A DNA stretch of 63,924 bases, filler included, from Lama guanicoe (taxonomy: Eukaryota): assembly GCA_013239625.1 (NCBI GenBank). It is 181 parts of 181 records of this genome, joined end to end, with 100 filler letters (N's around TTAATTAATTAA, not from the genome) between each part and the next. Parts side by side here need not be neighbours in the genome. Positions count along the whole stretch, not along the records: positions 60,131 to 60,384 come from PNXV01049065.1; positions 60,485 to 60,738 come from PNXV01049066.1; positions 60,839 to 61,092 come from PNXV01049067.1; positions 61,193 to 61,446 come from PNXV01049068.1; positions 61,547 to 61,800 come from PNXV01049069.1; positions 61,901 to 62,154 come from PNXV01049070.1; positions 62,255 to 62,508 come from PNXV01049071.1; positions 62,609 to 62,862 come from PNXV01049072.1; 173 more parts are not named here. One strand, written 5' to 3'. Position 1 is the stretch's first letter. The number at the start of each line of letters is the position of its first letter. Made by a program: the position numbers and the translations under genes. Under the pieces are notes generated by a model. It worked only from the letters and a program-made list of their open reading frames with translations. It was not told the origin of the DNA and ran no database searches. Shown here piece after piece: positions 60,031 to 63,924 of the stretch.

Positions 60031-60838
60031 NNNNNNNNNNNNNNNNNNNNNNNNNNNNNNNNNNNNNNNNNNNNTTAATTAATTAANNNNNNNNNNNNNN
60101 NNNNNNNNNNNNNNNNNNNNNNNNNNNNNNATATTTTCTCAGGAATACTAACAAAAGGAGAAAAGAGAAAAATCATCCTTTTAGATAATGACTGTTGTTT
60201 TCTCTATGATACCACAAGAGCCCTTCAGACCTGGGAGTTGATTTGAAGCCTGGCAGACAATGACTTCTCCAGCCAGGAGTCTGCCTCGGGGACAGCTGTG
60301 ATGTGAAATCTCCGGTGGAGAGGAACTGTACTTGGTAGCGTTGTCACAGTTCTTGGATTTTTTTCTGTGTCTTTCTCACCCACCNNNNNNNNNNNNNNNN
60401 NNNNNNNNNNNNNNNNNNNNNNNNNNNNTTAATTAATTAANNNNNNNNNNNNNNNNNNNNNNNNNNNNNNNNNNNNNNNNNNNNATAATAGGTGTATTTC
60501 CATATGTAAGTTCCACTATGTTTGTTTTAAAACATCAGTGAGATGGTAGTCGTTGCTTTACTATAGATTTCTTAAATTGACAACAGGATAAAACTCTACA
60601 AAATTTTGAAATGTTTCTTGTTTTCCTCATTTCTCATGACAAACATCCGCCGGACACTACAAAGATAAGCAAACAATATCTCCTGGGCAGAAGCAAACTT
60701 ATCCTTGTACTGTGCTGTCCAGTGAGATAGCCACCAGCNNNNNNNNNNNNNNNNNNNNNNNNNNNNNNNNNNNNNNNNNNNNTTAATTAATTAANNNNNN
60801 NNNNNNNNNNNNNNNNNNNNNNNNNNNNNNNNNNNNNN

Positions 60839-61092
60839 CATTTAAATTGAAATGTAGGATGTCTGAAGGAGAATAATGGGGGATCAGTTACAAAGGCAAG
60901 CTGACCCAGCCTGTGGGTAGTCGTGACTGTCAGGATAAGGTGACTGGACTTTGTCACGTAGACCAGGGAGAGCCACTGAAGGTGTTTGAGTAGGACAGTA
61001 ATTGGATCCCAGTTACCCGTTAGACAGGAGAAGTACATCGAATAGGCTGGAGACAGGGAGAGATGGAATTAGTGAATATGCTTTGAAAGCAC
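60839..61092 (-). mobile_element. L2 fragment
   Basis: GGGAGAGCCACTGAAGG.GTTTGAGTAGG..AGGCTGGAGACAGGGAGA. Confidence 0.65.
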
Positions 61093-61417
61093 NNNNNNNN
61101 NNNNNNNNNNNNNNNNNNNNNNNNNNNNNNNNNNNNTTAATTAATTAANNNNNNNNNNNNNNNNNNNNNNNNNNNNNNNNNNNNNNNNNNNNATAAACTT
61201 GCAGTGATACAGAATAAATTTAATATCAAAAACAATTTTGTTTAACTTAGAAGCCCTAAAATACTACTCTATACTAGTGTATATATATAGTCTGAAGGAT
61301 GATAGTGAAATTGTCAATACATGTTTAAAAAAGAATGAACGATAGTTGCCATTGTTGAATCACTAATATGAAATGAAATGAAGTGAAATATATGTATTTC
61401 CTACACAATTCCAGAGA

Positions 61418-61446
61418 GTGTGTGTGTATGAGAGAGAGAGAGAGAG
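61418..61446 (+). repeat. Compound (GT)n(GA)n microsatellite at contig end
   Basis: Seen directly. Confidence 0.9.
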
Positions 61447-61574
61447 NNNNNNNNNNNNNNNNNNNNNNNNNNNNNNNNNNNNNNNNNNNNTTAATTAATT
61501 AANNNNNNNNNNNNNNNNNNNNNNNNNNNNNNNNNNNNNNNNNNNNCATATTGTTTAAATGGATTTACAGGAAT

Positions 61575-61740
61575 TATATCATTTATATCTCATGAAAGCC
61601 CTCTGAGATAGGGACAGCTATCAACCGCATTTTATAGACAAGGAAACTGAGGTCACAGAGAGCCTGACTGACTCTCAGTTGGCTAAGCCATGGCTCTAAG
61701 GAAATAGTGTGAACACTGAGCCCAAGTGTGTCCTCGCTCT
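61575..61740 (-). mobile_element. MIR SINE
   Basis: CCCTCTGAGATAGG..CATTTTATAGACAAGGAAACTGAGG.CACAGAGAG. Confidence 0.75.
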
Positions 61741-62491
61741 GTTACGCTGAATCCCTGCACTGTTCACCTGCCTCACTGAGGGTCACCTCCTCTGGGGGCT
61801 NNNNNNNNNNNNNNNNNNNNNNNNNNNNNNNNNNNNNNNNNNNNTTAATTAATTAANNNNNNNNNNNNNNNNNNNNNNNNNNNNNNNNNNNNNNNNNNNN
61901 GTTTTCCCTTTGCTTCTTTGGAAGAATTTCTCAGAGCTTTCATTTTGCCGCCAATATGACTTCACCCAGAACTCTCTCATTGTGTGACTTTATTTCAGTT
62001 GACAACAGGAATAAACTGAAGGGCAAGGAGGTTGAAAGAGTTTTCGGGGGGAGCTCTCCGGGGGATGAGGCCCTCAGCATCCTGAAGCTCCACACCACTC
62101 CATGACCAGTCACATGCCAACACGTCTTTCTTGGGTGAGTCTAAATTCTGCAAANNNNNNNNNNNNNNNNNNNNNNNNNNNNNNNNNNNNNNNNNNNNTT
62201 AATTAATTAANNNNNNNNNNNNNNNNNNNNNNNNNNNNNNNNNNNNNNNNNNNNGCGACGTTTCCTGGGGTTTACATGTTAGCAGTTACACCTAAACAAA
62301 GGAAAATGTACTTAATAAATGTCTTTCATGGAAGACATATTGATCTACCACTCAGCCATTCCATATCGACCTTGGATAACACTCCTTTCAATTAAGTAAA
62401 CTTGGCCTCTCTCCGTTAGTCTCCGACATAATTTCTGGGCTGACTTAAGAGTATGAGGAAAGAATGAAAATGAATTCCTGTTCCCTGAAGT

Positions 62492-62508
62492 TGTGTGTGT
62501 GTGTGTGT
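62492..62508 (+). repeat. (TG)n microsatellite at contig end
   Basis: Seen directly. Confidence 0.85.
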
Positions 62509-62619
62509 NNNNNNNNNNNNNNNNNNNNNNNNNNNNNNNNNNNNNNNNNNNNTTAATTAATTAANNNNNNNNNNNNNNNNNNNNNNNNNNNNNNNNNNNN
62601 NNNNNNNNTTTTTTTTTTT

Positions 62620-62862
62620 TGATTGATGGTGAGTTGGGAGGAAACCAGCACTCTACACACTGTTGGCATGAATATGCACTAGCAGACCTTTCTGGAGGAT
62701 ATCGGGCAATATCTAATGCACTTTAAAAGGCACCGACATACTTTTGGACCCAGATATCCCATGACTAAGAATGTTCCCTATTGGAAATAGACTCGTGAAT
62801 ATAGAAAACAAACTATGGTTACCAAAGGAGAAAGGGAGGGAGGGATAAATTAGGAGTTTGGG
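62620..62862 (+). mobile_element. Old L1 ORF2 3' piece plus a younger L1 3'UTR piece (~62782-62862)
   Basis: ACACACTGTTGG..ACCTTTCTGGAGG, then ATAGAAAACAAACT.ATGGTTACCAAAGG..GGGATAAATTAGGAGTTTGGG. Confidence 0.8.
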
Positions 62863-63316
62863 NNNNNNNNNNNNNNNNNNNNNNNNNNNNNNNNNNNNNN
62901 NNNNNNTTAATTAATTAANNNNNNNNNNNNNNNNNNNNNNNNNNNNNNNNNNNNNNNNNNNNGGGGAAAAAAAAATTAACATTTTAGTCAGATCTTTATC
63001 ATCCAGAAAGGTACTTACTTAGAGACTGCTTGTCCCCATGTAGAAAACAAACAAGGATATTTCTAAAAGTTTTGTGTGTTTGGCAGAAAATTGCAAGGCA
63101 CATTATATCTTTCATAACATTTGTCTTGCTAAATGACTAAGAATTTTCATCAATATTAACAAAACTACTATAAATTGAGTAAGATAATGTGTTAAATTAT
63201 GGAGTCTCTTTTTTTTNNNNNNNNNNNNNNNNNNNNNNNNNNNNNNNNNNNNNNNNNNNNTTAATTAATTAANNNNNNNNNNNNNNNNNNNNNNNNNNNN
63301 NNNNNNNNNNNNNNNN

Positions 63317-63570
63317 CAGACAAGCAGGCAGCCCAGCCTCTGCTGCCACCCCCAGTGGTGCCCCCCGAGGGGGCTCAGGATGTGGAAGAACAGGGCAATG
63401 GCTCTAGACAGCTGGGAGCATGTCAAAGGAATGATTTCAGGAAGCCCAGACCTTTGTACCTTCTCATACGTAGAAAAGTGCCGAATTCCTTAACTTGAGA
63501 TATCTAGGTTTCTTTAATTAACAGTAATTTTTCAATGTTCTGACCACCTGGTCTTTGTTGCAAAAACTTA
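63317..63570 (-). mobile_element. Probable ERV1 LTR fragment
   Basis: GGGAGCATGTCAAAGGAATGATTTCAG..GAATTCCTTAACTTGAGATATCT..TGACCACCTGGTCTTTGTTGCAAAAACT resembles ungulate LTRs. Confidence 0.5.
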
Positions 63571-63670
63571 NNNNNNNNNNNNNNNNNNNNNNNNNNNNNN
63601 NNNNNNNNNNNNNNTTAATTAATTAANNNNNNNNNNNNNNNNNNNNNNNNNNNNNNNNNNNNNNNNNNNN

Positions 63671-63924
63671 ACCGGAAGATACACTTGAGGAGAACGCGCG
63701 TTCTGCTGCTTTTGGATGGGATGCTGTGGAATTGTCAGTTAGGCCCACCTGGTCTAATGTGGCATTTAAGGCCTGTGTTTCCTTGGTGATTTTCTGTCCT
63801 GATGGTCTGTCCATTGAAATCCCACTATTTTTGTGTCATTGTCAATTTCTCCCTTGATGTCTCTTAACATTTGCCTTATGTATTGAGATGCTCCTGTGCT
63901 GGGTGCATACATACTTACAGTTGT
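63671..63924 (-). mobile_element. L1 ORF2 endonuclease-domain fragment
   Basis: Translates to ..MDRPSGQKITKETQALNATLDQVGLTD..HPKAAE.AFSSS, matching the L1 EN motif DRS..QKI.KET..LN..LDQ.DL.DIYR.FHP. Confidence 0.92.

Noticed and set aside
254..63670. CRISPR-like or other repeat-spacer array (constant palindromic repeat with equal-length unique spacers)
   Set aside because: The 'repeat' is an N-padded synthetic linker, the 'spacers' are ~254-bp mammalian contigs, and there are no cas genes
54..63814. ORF-track proteins ending in X-runs plus LIN/N
   Set aside because: Their length is inflated by read-through of Ns to the linker stops; most start at GTG/TTG and lie in repeats or non-coding DNA
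1..63924. Gene cluster or novel system linking OGA, HMCN2, APOE, CASS4, LAMTOR4 and the olfactory receptor
   Set aside because: Fragments are ordered by length, so co-occurrence is artificial

Overview
This window is not contiguous DNA. It is an artificial concatenation of 181 unrelated mini-contigs of about 253-254 bp, joined by 180 identical 100-nt linkers (N44-TTAATTAATTAA-N44, with stop codons in all six frames). The source is a placental mammal, most likely a camelid, judging from a Vic-1-like tRNA-derived SINE and a camelid-looking ApoE peptide. Adjacency between fragments has no biological meaning, so no operon, cluster or multi-gene system can be inferred. Most ORF-track entries ending in X...LIN/N are linker artefacts. 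Content is mostly interspersed repeats (L1, L2, MIR, MaLR/ERV LTRs, Tigger and hAT DNA transposons), satellites and microsatellites. Recognisable gene fragments are OGA exon 1, an HMCN2 Ig-domain exon with an apparent 1-nt deletion, an olfactory receptor 5' end, a disabled CASS4 SH3 exon, a LAMTOR4 processed pseudogene and an apparently young intronless APOE retrocopy at an L1 endonuclease site. The most notable items are the APOE retrocopy, the disabled CASS4 exon, a 16-bp G-rich satellite seen in two independent contigs, and a pair of near-identical 'bubble' contigs. Gene and repeat identities are from recalled sequences, not database searches, and repeat boundaries are approximate.
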